Of a stretch of 64,000 nucleotides of DNA, positions 36,717 through 47,227 are shown piece by piece (the stretch's first letter is position 1; every line of letters starts with the position of its first letter). The position numbers and the translations under genes were made by a program. This DNA comes from Elsinoe ampelina (lineage: Eukaryota). The notes under the pieces were generated by a model. That model was not told where the DNA came from. It did not search any database and saw only the letters and a list, made by a program, of their open reading frames with translations. The stretch lies in the NCBI GenBank assembly GCA_010093995.1, contig ML992512.1, positions 281,736 through 345,735 of the forward strand. Direction: 5' to 3'.

Positions 36717-37325
36717 CTACTTCACCTCCCCCTCCCCATCACCCTTCCAATCACCCTCCCCTTTCCCCGCCGCTCCTCCCTTCTCCTTCCTCTCACACCA
36801 CCCCTTCAAATCCACCACCCAATCCTCAAACCTCCCTTGCAAATTCCCCTCCTGGCTCCACCGCACCGCATGCGCCGCCGGCCCCGCGAAAGCCATCCAA
36901 GTCTTATACTCACACTTCCCGCCCTCCAGCTTCGTGATCTCATTCACCCTCTCGGTCCTCAACACCAGCGCAGGAATCATAGTCTGCTTCCACCCGACGA
37001 CGTACTTGGTTCCCACCGGATCGTCGTCTTTGGGAGGGTCAGACAGGATGCTGATTTCTTCTATCGATTTGGTTTTGAACGAGGAGGACATTTGCACGGT
37101 GAAGAGCAAGGAGGTCCCGAGGTGGAGGTGGGTGAAGGTGGGGGAGACGTCAGGGGGTTGCGAGCGGATGGAGAGCGAGGGGACGAAGGAGTTCCATTCT
37201 GGCCAGGTGGAGGGATCGATGTGCGCGTTGTAGACGGTCAGAGGGGAGGCCTCGATGGTGGTGGAGGCGGTGGCGGAGAAGAGGGCGCCTGAGGGGATGG
37301 CGGGGGTGGGGATTGGTGGTGGCAT
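36717..37325 (-). CDS. SRPBCC/polyketide cyclase-dehydrase (START-like) protein
   Basis: ASTTIEASPLTVYNAHIDPSTWPEWNSF N-terminal pattern; C-terminal helix FEDWVVDLKGWCE. Confidence 0.75.
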   Translation of the reverse strand: MPPPIPTPAIPSGALFSATASTTIEASPLTVYNAHIDPSTWPEWNSFVPSLSIRSQPPDVSPTFTHLHLGTSLLFTVQMSSSFKTKSIEEISILSDPPKDDDPVGTKYVVGWKQTMIPALVLRTERVNEITKLEGGKCEYKTWMAFAGPAAHAVRWSQEGNLQGRFEDWVVDLKGWCERKEKGGAAGKGEGDWKGDGEGEVK

Positions 37326-37827
37326 TGTTGATTGTCCGTATTATTCTTTGGGAAACGATGGGCATGCGACTCGCTGTGTGAATTCAGAAAATGAGTGGCC
37401 ACATGTATCGAGTGGTCATGTCGTGACGTCTAGCAGACCCCCCTGGTATGCTCCAGCCATGTGAGAGCTCTCGTAGCCTAATCTTGCCCCAGAAACTTAC
37501 TGCCAAGATCCGTACCTGGCGCATCCTATCCATGTGTATTGCTCGACGGCATACCATCACACATTTTGCGACACCATGACAGGACAGATTGATACAATAC
37601 CGGAATCTCGCTGAGCGCTGGTCGATCACGATGCTCTCACAAATCACATGATCCTTCGCGACATCCGGTACGACCTCCACACCTCCAGGCGCATCGCACC
37701 TCCACTTCTTCACTTCAACCTCAAATCCACCATCGACGCACTTCTGCTCCATCACTGCCGTCGCTGCTTGCGTAGTAGCTCTCCTCTCTAGCTTGAATTC
37801 TCTGCCTCGTCGCCTATCACAGTAATC

Positions 37828-39024
37828 ATGGCATCCCCACCACCTCTCTCACTCCCCAAGAAGCGACCCCCTCTCACGCTCCCCGGCGCCCCTCCCACCA
37901 AACGCCGCAAACCCTCCATCGCCTCCGCCTCCTCCCATCCACTCCGTCAAACCTCCTTCCCTCCCTCCGATAAACCCGGCACCAACGCCGAGTACTCCGA
38001 CGGCTCCCTCATCGACGACTTCGACGACGACGAGATCAACTCAGCCGTCGGCTCCGTCCCCGCCAGCAACATCGACGGCCCCGCCAGCTCCCTCATCTCC
38101 GGACGCGGCGGCAGCACACGCGGTCGAGGCCGAGGCCGTGGCCGCGGAAGAGGAGGAGGACGCGGGGGCCGCTCGCGCGCCGAAACCACCTCCATGCTCT
38201 CAGGCGACGGCGGCGGCACGGGGCGCAGCACCAAAGCCGGCACCGCAGCCCCAGACGGCGAAGACGACGACGAAGACGAAGCGGACGAAGAAGACGGCGA
38301 CCTGCTCAAAGGGGGCAACTTCGGCCGCGAACGCCTCGAAGAAGAAAAAGAGCGCCGGGCCATGTTCCTCTCCTCCCTCCTCACGCTAGCAGAAGACGGC
38401 CACCTCGGCCTCCCCCCCTCCTCCCCTTCCTCACCCCCCGAGGCGCGCGCCATCCGCCGTAAAAAAATCCAAGACGTCGCCTCCGTCAACGCCCAGCGTT
38501 ACGAGCTGTGGAACCGCATCCACTTGAAGAAAGAAGTCGTGCGGCGGCTGACGAACCAGACGCTGAGCCAATCGGTGCCGCAGAGCGTGGTGACGGCGAT
38601 AAGCGCCTACAGCAAGGTTTTTGCCGGGGAGATTGTGGATCGGGCGCTGGGGGTGCAGATGGAGTGGACGGCGGCGAGGTTGGAGGGGGAGAGGGAGGAG
38701 AGGGGGAGGAAGGCGAGGGAGAGGGAAAGGCGGGAGGAGGAGGATAGGGGGGCGGGAGCGAGGAGTGTGAGTGTGGAGATTATTGAGCCTGAGGGGCAGG
38801 AACCGGAGGAGGAGGGACGAGGGACGAGGAAGGGCAGGGATGGCGTCGAGTATGTCGCTGTGCAGGAGAGGGATTTGGGCCCGTTGTTGCCGGATCATTT
38901 GAGGGAGGCGTTGAGGAGGTATAAAGCTGATAGAGAAGGGGGGGTCGTCGGGTTCACGGGGTTGAGTTTAGAGGGGAGGGAGAATACGGCGGCCAGGAAT
39001 GGGGGGAGGAGGTTGTTCAAGTGA
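37828..39024 (+). CDS. TAF11: TFIID subunit TAF11 (TAFII28 histone fold)
   Basis: VRRLTNQTLSQSVP, KVFAGEIVDRA, GPLLPDHLREALRRY. Confidence 0.88.
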   Translation: MASPPPLSLPKKRPPLTLPGAPPTKRRKPSIASASSHPLRQTSFPPSDKPGTNAEYSDGSLIDDFDDDEINSAVGSVPASNIDGPASSLISGRGGSTRGRGRGRGRGRGGGRGGRSRAETTSMLSGDGGGTGRSTKAGTAAPDGEDDDEDEADEEDGDLLKGGNFGRERLEEEKERRAMFLSSLLTLAEDGHLGLPPSSPSSPPEARAIRRKKIQDVASVNAQRYELWNRIHLKKEVVRRLTNQTLSQSVPQSVVTAISAYSKVFAGEIVDRALGVQMEWTAARLEGEREERGRKARERERREEEDRGAGARSVSVEIIEPEGQEPEEEGRGTRKGRDGVEYVAVQERDLGPLLPDHLREALRRYKADREGGVVGFTGLSLEGRENTAARNGGRRLFK

Positions 39025-39375
39025 ATTTAAAACAAAGGGGGGATGAACGGCAGCAATGGCACGGCGTTTCAGACACCCTGTTCAGCATAGCATATGGCGT
39101 TGTGCTTGGGGAAAGGAACACGATGAAGTCGGTCTAGCATAGCGTGGCCAGGAAACGGATCGGGCAAAAATGATACCGCAGGCGTCTCACACCCTGCGAA
39201 ATGACACTCAATTTTGTCTGTCACTCTTGGTCCTATATTACAGAAACCTTTCCACAAAGCAAATCCGATCCGTGATGGGTATATATAGCGACTGTCCGCT
39301 GTGTCCGTCCCATGGAATTACGCCGTCTATGATCATTCCCAACGCTGCATATTATGCCAGGCCTCTTTACCCGGC

Positions 39376-42209
39376 TTAGTCTCTCTTGAAGCTTCCAGGA
39401 CTACTTGGTCCTGCGCTCAATCCTGCTGCCACCAGACTCGTGATCGTTCTTCCGCGACTCTTGTTCGTCTCCTTTCTGCTCAGCTGGCTCAACTCGCTCG
39501 GTCTTCTGTGGTGTTTCCTAGACGTGCTCGGGCTGGTGTTGGCATGTAACAGTGGACCCATGCCAACGGTGTCAGCAGCTGTGATTGTACTGCTACCGTC
39601 GCCAAGTGTGCGGCGCTCGTCCGTTGGTGCTTTGCTGATCGACATGCTGTTGCGACGGCCAGCGCGGCGGGCGGCTTCTTCGCTTTCCTTCTTGTGGAGT
39701 GCTTCTGATGGGAGGAGAATGGCACGGTCGAGCGCGTAGGGAAGACCACGGTGGCGACCACGCAGCATCATAGCGATGATGACGAGTTTGGAGAGGGTAC
39801 TGAACTCTGTGGAGAAGGAGGCGTTGATGCCTGGGTAGCCGAGGGAGAGACCGACTGTACCGTAGGCGGAGACGATTTCAAAGAGAATCGAGAACATGGT
39901 GAAGCCCTAGAGACGTCAGCGGATATTATCAACAGAATCAAAAATCTTCTTACGTAGTCGTTCGTGTTCTCGATGCGGTGACCCTCGATGATACTAATTA
40001 TGAACAGTCCCAAGAAAATGTACCACAAATCGAAAGAAAGCTGTCGACGCAAATGCTGGCCGACGTAGCTCTTGTCACTTTCCTCATCAACTTCTTCCTC
40101 TGTTCCCCATACACCTAAACTCTTTTCTTCGTATACGTTGGTTCGCCGAACACTGATGGCGATTGGGAATACGGAAATGTACATCATCACCAGGTACGAG
40201 ACTTGGATGGCTGGGTGAAGAGCGGATAAGTTCACTGCGGCGAACCCAGCAGTGCGGGTTGCGGTGGCCTGGAACCATCCAACAAGTACTCGAATGCCGG
40301 GCGCTAATGCAGTCACAGTCTCATCATTCAAGTCGAGGATGATGAAGAAAAGCAGATCGACACCGTTCAGGAGTACCAAAAGCCAGAATAGCCACCAGGT
40401 TGCTTTGGACGGGAAGAGAAGTGTGAAGCATCGACGTGGGTGGTCGAGAAGAAATCTAAGCTCCTCCCATAACGGTGATCCTGTTGGGACGACTTTGTGG
40501 CTGAGCCAGATGACAAAGCGTAGCATGCAAGGAAATCCTGTGTTTCCTATGACGATCAAGAAAGAACCAAGAAGTAGTGGCAATACTGCGCCTTGAAAAG
40601 AGATCATGCTGTCAGGCGTGAGGGTGTAACCAAGATCGTTAAACAAGGAAGCAGGAGTGAAAACTCCCCACCACGACCGGTTTTGTCCAGCGGCATCGAC
40701 GACAGGTCCCCACGTATTGCTGTAGACGATCCATGGATGTAAGATGACCATGCCGAGCATATGGAAACCGACATAGTAGCAGACCAGAATGATGGCCAGT
40801 GTCTTGAGTGATCGATACTCGATACCTCCAAGTTCTTCTCGCTGCTCCTCGGACAGATCGACAAATGCAGAATTTCGTCCGATCGTCGGTTGCCAGCTCA
40901 AGTATGGTGCAAAGTCATCGACATCCACGGCCTGACTTCGTGATCGGCTCAGAGTTCTGGGAGCGTCTCTGATGCGATGAAGCGTGTTTGCGAGCGCGGT
41001 GGATGATATCCTCCGCTTTGGCTTTGACAACCCGCTGAAGGGGCGAAGTGGATTAAATCTCGTCGAGTGAGCATCGGAATCGTCGTCCTTGATCCTTTCA
41101 GACCTATCTGGCACATCGAAAGCAATTCCCTTGCGAGGTCCGTTGGCATCCAACGTGGCCTTTTCCTCTTCATTAGCGGCTGTCGTGTTTCGTCGTACCG
41201 CCGGAGTAAAGGTATCGCGGGTCATGGCACGGTCGAGGTCATCGGCATTCTCGTCATCGCTATTGACCTCGCGCGGTACATCGCCACGGTCAAAGTCTCT
41301 TGGTCCGGGAATGCGAAGAGTGCCGTTTTCCTGCTTCCGTTGCTTTTCCAGAAAAGCGATATGATGATCCGGGCTTCGAGGTTCGGGTATTCTCTCGTCG
41401 TCCGCCTTCTGAGCATTCTTTTCAGCATCCTTCTCAGCTTGCTTAGCTTCATCGGCAAAGACGATATCCCTCCTGAGAAGTGGATTCCTTCCTAAAAAGG
41501 TTTCTTGTGGCGATCTTGGTGATGCTTCCTGGCTATCGGGCGAGTCAAACGCATTGACCGGCTTCTTCGTCCTAGGACTGACAATACTACTATCCTTGTC
41601 ACCGCTAACAGTGTGTGAATTCATGCCATTCGTTTTCGTGGTATTGTGTAGCACATGAATGTCCTTGCCGTTGACGCCATTTTCGAGGTGCGCTGCGTCT
41701 GTGAGAGTATCCTCCCTGGCCTGTGATCTTGTCCGGGACATTGTCCTTGTTCTCCTCATCCGAGCTGCTTCCTTGACGATTCCCTGGAACCGCTTCTCGA
41801 ACCAATAGAGCCGGATGAACACTACCACCGTGTTGATGAAGATGGGATTGCAAACGGCTGCTATGAGCATGATCGTGACTTGCTGGTATGTTTGCAGTTG
41901 GTTGACATCGATTGTGTTGAGCCCGCTTTGGGTTGCAGATCCGGCCGCGAAGAAGAGAGCATCGATGTATGGCATTAATTTCGAAGGGTATATTATGATG
42001 GAGCCGAGTATGGTCATGCCGATGAGATAGACATCTGCGCGGGTTAGTGCCTGTTGGTCTTACGGAATGTACTCCATACAGTGAACGGTGATAAAATTAA
42101 AATGTGGTCGGCCAGGTTTGAACGAGGTCGGTACCAGGCCCTTGAACCACTGCAGGATGTCCAGCAGCGGTTCGGCGAACATGATTCCTCTTGGCTCGGT
42201 GGAGGCCAT
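39376..42209 (-). CDS. TRK1: TRK-type potassium transporter
   Basis: ATQSGLNT, LGGIEYRSL, FNDLGYTL, RTAGF, SAYGTVGLSLG, RGRHRGLP. Introns 42079-42035 and 39953-39907. Confidence 0.94.
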
Positions 42210-43141
42210 GTTGAAGAAGCGGGAGAGATGTCGATTTTATAGCGGGAGGGGCGGGTCCCGGCGACCTCAGAGTGGTTCAGACGGGATAGCAAAAGAATCG
42301 CAAGGTGCGAATTGGCGGAAAGCAAGTCGGGGGCTATGAGGTTAGATTGACGACTTTGGACAGATCCAGCTGTCGCAACGACGGAGTGAGAAATAGATCG
42401 GGTAGACGGGGTATTTGCAAGTGTTATTGTATGTACGCGAAGTCGTGTATACCCATGATCAGGAGTTGCATGTCGACAACAATGGAGGCATCTTTTCGTC
42501 TTTATTCAGCTGTGGGCCGTCTTACGGAGTCCAGACAATTGTGATAGGGCGGGCTGAAGATTATTGGAAGGCTGCTGATATGCAGATTGCAGAGCTGCAG
42601 TGTCGTGGGAAGACGTGAGAGCACGCCAGGCTGAGAGTGGGATTTGATGATGCCGACCCAGGGTTTGGATCAAGGAGGAGATTCATCGCCCATTTGCCAA
42701 GGCAGAACCAAGGACCCCTGCCCGCGTGCGGCTGCACATGTCTTTGTTCGCCGCAGGAAAATAAAATAAAAATCGATGACGGTTTGGGCTGCATGTTCGA
42801 CGCACGTTCCTGCATGCGTTATGCACGCTTGCACAGACAAATACCTTATCTATTGGCACGTCCTTGCTTTCTAGGCATGGTCATCTTGCATATTTGTGAC
42901 GGTGATTCAGTCACACATGAAAACTTGGAATGTGGATGAACATTGCAGGTCTTCAACACGTGCTCATTTACTGCTGTCTACTGGTGGACAGTGTCCGGCT
43001 ACTTCTGATGTGCTGACGCGAGCAGGAAAGTATGTACAAGGTACCATCCATCAAAATCTTGACATGCAAGTCTTGCAATGCTCTTGATCACTAATAATTC
43101 TTACAATGCAGCTAGTGGATCCTCGGTCTTCCAGCGGTGAT

Positions 43142-43633
43142 CTAGAAGAGAGCAATTGGGTTGATGGCATTCGCTGGCCTCTGCTGAATAACATCCCAGT
43201 GTTCCTGGATACAGCTGCCGTTGAATCTGTAAATGTCCGCAACAGCAGAAGGTTGTGTGGCGTTCAGCTGGTCGATCCGGTAATGTACATATGCAAAGTT
43301 ACCATCAATTCCCTTGCTAATGACAGTATTATTGACCGCGTCGGGGCTAACAGTGGAGAAGAAGTCAATGACTGCTTGCCGGCCAGAGAGGGCGAATGGG
43401 TTGTGCTGGATGTAGTCTTCGGCGATGTAGGTGTTGAAGAAGTTGACACTGTAGTCCTTCTCAACTAGGAAGGCATTGACGAACTCGTTGAAGATCTTGC
43501 GTTGCTCTCGTGCCGATGCTGGTCGAGGTGGGCAGAACGCTGCTGCTGCTTTTGATGGAGAAGCATCTGCGAGGGCTGGTGCGGCGATGGAGAGGAGGGT
43601 GGCGACGCCAGCAAAGGCTATGGTGAGCTGCAT
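43142..43633 (-). CDS. Secreted SnoaL-like (NTF2-fold) protein
   Basis: Signal peptide; DYIQHNP..SGR and ADIYRF..IQEHWDV motifs. Confidence 0.82.
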   Translation of the reverse strand: MQLTIAFAGVATLLSIAAPALADASPSKAAAAFCPPRPASAREQRKIFNEFVNAFLVEKDYSVNFFNTYIAEDYIQHNPFALSGRQAVIDFFSTVSPDAVNNTVISKGIDGNFAYVHYRIDQLNATQPSAVADIYRFNGSCIQEHWDVIQQRPANAINPIALF

Positions 43634-44757
43634 GGTGTTGGAGGTCTGTTCAGGTGGATCGACGTGATGTAAGAATGGCAAAGGTGTGGCGTGTGTCAAG
43701 ACGTCTTATACTTGCCCATTAGATTGCCCTTGTACCTCACGCAGGGGACGGTTAGCGCCGATCAGGCTACATGCCTTTACCGATATTTGCTTTACGAGTA
43801 TTGCGTGTCCCGTCCTGCATATCAAATGTCATGTCACTGCAACATGTATTGCTTCATAAGCAGCGAGTGTCCAAGGAACTTCCAATGAGGGCAGGAAAGC
43901 CAAAGACGAGGCCGGCAGTTGACGTTCAAACACATCCACAAGCTGTGCCCCACCTGACGATCGACAACACCGACATATGAAACCTTACTCCAAAAAGTCA
44001 TGGCGCTGGACAGTCTCGTATGGGGCGACGAGATGAGCAGGTCACAAACAGCCCTAGAAGTCCCACTGGATTGGCCCTCACTCAAGCAATCTGCTGTCGT
44101 CGACTCTGTGGCTTGTGAAGCTCCACATGAAACCTACGCAATTCGACTGCCGTGCCGTTAGAGGCTTTTCGACAAAAGTCACTCGGACACTTGATACCAA
44201 TTGATTCAGGCACCACGATATCAACTCTTGAGTACTGAGATCACGGCCTAGCCATGGTTGCAATTGATCTCGAGGGCCCTCTTGACTTCCTCCGGCATCT
44301 CGTCGCGATAACGAAATGAGGTATGTATCATAAACATTATTCTGTTTTTCAATTGCGCACATGCTGGCAAGCACGTTCGAAGAATTGCTGGATAGGTGCA
44401 ATGGGAAAGAAGTATCGCCGTCGTCGACAATGCAGATTGCAATGCTGGACCTCGGGTGTGGGCGGAATGTCGGGTAGACGGGAACTCCGGCGCCCGGCTT
44501 ACGTGACGTCGTCCACTGGCGTCCCTCCACCCCCCCGTCCGCGACGCAGGGGTCCGGTCCACGCTAAGTCACCACTCCACCAAACCTTGGTCGTTTCTTT
44601 TCATTTTGCTTGGATCTTGTTCAGAATTGGCTGCTCTATCGCCTCGATGGCAAAAATTTGCAAAATTCCCATCGCTCGCTTGCCACGCGCCCGAAAAAAA
44701 TTTGCTCACCACATCAACTCTACAGCCTCATATACCACTCCGACGGGCCAAAAGGAA

Positions 44758-44889
44758 GGGCCCAACCGCGAATTGAACGCGGGACCTCTTGCAGGTATCT
44801 CCCAAAGCAAGAATCATACGCCTAGACTATATTTTTGGTCAGATAATGTCGCCGATAGTGATGGAAGAGAGGAACGAACCCATTGGGCC
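44758..44889 (-). tRNA. tRNA-Pro(TGG) split by a 53-nt GT-AG insert in the D-stem plus a 7-nt anticodon-loop intron
   Basis: Removing 44879-44827 and 44800-44794 gives GGCCCAA TG GTCT AGGCGT ATGAT T CTTGC TT TGG GT GCAAG AGGTC CCGCG TTCAATT CGCGG TTGGGCC C. This is a standard eukaryotic tRNA-Pro with fully paired acceptor, anticodon and T stems; TTTT lies just downstream. Confidence 0.88.
44827..44879 (-). other. Putative spliceosomal (U2-type) intron inside tRNA-Pro
   Basis: GTTCGT donor, pyrimidine tract, CTGAC branch point, TAG acceptor, 53 nt. Confidence 0.75.
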
Positions 44890-45103
44890 GACAGGAACAC
44901 TCCAGGGACTGGATTGCCACAATTTCGGAGCTCGGAATGAGCTTAGCTGACGGAGACGGAGCTCTATTAACAATATAATCAATTCTAGAACGCTGTCGGG
45001 TGTTTGCCACGCCTGAGCAGATTCATGTGCTCGGCCGTATTGGATACTACACGCCTCCTAATGGAAAGCAAGGCTCTTTGTCTCGTTGGATATAGTGCTG
45101 CCC

Positions 45104-45664
45104 TCAGCGGTATGTTCCATGCGTGTTGGACCTCTCCCATGGCCTTGTGCCGCCGCTCTCTACACCAAAAAGGCGCAGGTAGTCTTCCTTCTGGAACATA
45201 CTTGCACTGTCGACAGCATTTGGTTGCCCGAGCCTGACATCCGCCTTCCGCCCATCCATTCCCTCAAATAGAATACGAACAACCTCGTCGTGGCCTTTGA
45301 AAACCGCCCCTGCAAGGATACTTTGTCCACGATCATTCAGGACATTCGGGTCAGCGCCCTTCTGGAGCAGCAACCTGGTAGTCTCCACATGGCCATGATA
45401 TGCTGCCAGCATGAGCAACGTGTCGCCTTTTGAATTTGTCAGGTTTAGCGGTATGCCGGCGTCCAGGTACTGGCCAAGAGCGTCCGTGGAGCCTTCTCGA
45501 GCTAGATCGAACAACTTCCCCGCCAACTCAAGCGCTGCTGGAGGCAACTCGGAAGCGCTCCGTCGTCCTTGTGTCTGATCGGATGATGTCGATGTTTGAC
45601 TGGATTGACCAGGTGTGTCTCTTGGTGGCACTGTGCCATCTTCATTTGGAGCTCGAAGACCCAT
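45104..45664 (-). CDS. Small ankyrin-repeat protein
   Basis: KGDTLLMLAAYHGHVETTRLLLQKGADPNVLNDRGQSILAGAVFKGH. Confidence 0.88.
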   Translation of the reverse strand: MGLRAPNEDGTVPPRDTPGQSSQTSTSSDQTQGRRSASELPPAALELAGKLFDLAREGSTDALGQYLDAGIPLNLTNSKGDTLLMLAAYHGHVETTRLLLQKGADPNVLNDRGQSILAGAVFKGHDEVVRILFEGMDGRKADVRLGQPNAVDSASMFQKEDYLRLFGVESGGTRPWERSNTHGTYR

Positions 45665-45999
45665 ACTGTGACCTGGGTCTGGCAGGCTGAGCGTGTCGGC
45701 CTTCTCACTCTGGCTCCTGGATCCTCAATCAAATTGGATGAAACTGCGAAGTAGCGAGTGATTGTCGTTGCGAAAATTATTATTTGCTATGCGACATACG
45801 GAGGGTACTGCAAAGTGTAGGGGTCTTTCTGACGTCAGGGGCAAATGATAGTCCTCCATCTCCAGACACAGCAACACAAACACGAAAGCTCCGAGACCAA
45901 CTATTACATTCGACACGTTGGTAGGCTGGAGAATTGAACTTTAAGGGCCGAAGCTATTGGATAATGACACGCATGTCACCGGCTTTCCTGGGATGGTCC

Positions 46000-46860
46000 C
46001 TGGCAGCAAACTCCAGACCGCTCCTACCAGAGCCACAGTCGCAAGGTGCTGTGACTGGCTTGTTCTCGACGGCACCTGGTAGGATACTGCTGGAAAATGC
46101 TACCAGAGCCGCGGTCTCGAGGTACTCTCTCCTCCACAATGGTCCCTCGCAAGGAGGTACAGATCCTACCAGAGCCGCAAGCACAAAGTCACTGGCCCCA
46201 GCTTCTCCATGATGGTTCCTGGTAGGAAGCTCCTAAAAGATACTGCCAGAGCGGCAGTCATGAGGTGATGTCTCTAGCACCCTTGCAAGAGTGTCTGGTA
46301 GGAAGCTGCAGGAAGGTACTACCAGAGCCACGGCCACAAGTCTATCTCATCGACTCCTCCGCAACGGCCTCTTCGAGGAGGTACAGAACATCCTACCAGA
46401 GCCGCAGCCACAAGGCACTGTCACTGGCTTCTCAATGACGATCCCTGGCAGGCAGCTCTTGGAGAACCCTACCAGAGCTGCGGTCATAAGCCGTTCTCAG
46501 CGACCTCTCATAAGGAGGTACAAAAGGATCCTACCAGAGCCGCCGTCATAGGTCACTGTCATCGGCTTGTCTGTCATGGTCCTGGTAGGACCATCCAATA
46601 GATCCTACCAGAGGCGCAGTCACATTTTGACATCACTAGTTTCCCTACATCAATACCTGGTAGGATGCCACCGGAAGGTCCTACCAGAGCCGGTCTCACA
46701 AGTCACTACACATCACAGAATGGAGCGTCGTCCTACAGCATGTCGATTAGAGACCGTTCCGCAATGCTAGGGGATTTTGTACTACCAGACATGTATTGCC
46801 AGTAGGATAAGATACTACCAGACATGTACCGCCAGCAGGATTGAGGTAGTACTACCAGAC
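46000..46860. repeat. Degenerate tandem array: 10 units of ~75 nt anchored on CTACCAGAGCC, plus 3 shorter TACTACCAGAC units
   Basis: Core motif at 46024, 46100, 46166, 46243, 46319, 46393, 46469, 46531, 46605, 46681. Short units at 46782, 46815, 46852. Confidence 0.9.
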
Positions 46861-47227
46861 AGGTAAGAACACGCTTTGGTCTCACTCGCAGCGAGGCACT
46901 TCCACGTGTAGCAAGTTTTTACGCAGTAGCAGCAATTTCTTTATCTCGTAGCAAATCGCTTTCACTCGAAGCATGTTACCTCCGCTTGCTACCAAATCAC
47001 TCTCACTCGTAAAATCTGCTTTGTGGCAAATTACTCTTCTTCAATTCATTACGCTTATCCAGACACATTACCACCCCATCGTTCAATAAAATCGTTCATA
47101 ACCAGTCGATTCCACCCATCCAGAGAACCTCCCATATCCGAGCGTGTATATCACCTCTCACCTAGCCCATACCTTACAACCAAAGTTGCCGTGACCGATC
47201 CACAGCCCTTCCTCTCTCCAGCTCCGC

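Noticed and set aside
1381..42209. ENA1 + TRK ion-homeostasis cluster
   Set aside because: About 35 kb apart with many unrelated genes between
46000..46860. CRISPR array
   Set aside because: Eukaryotic context, no cas genes, conserved core only ~11 nt, and the spacers resemble one another
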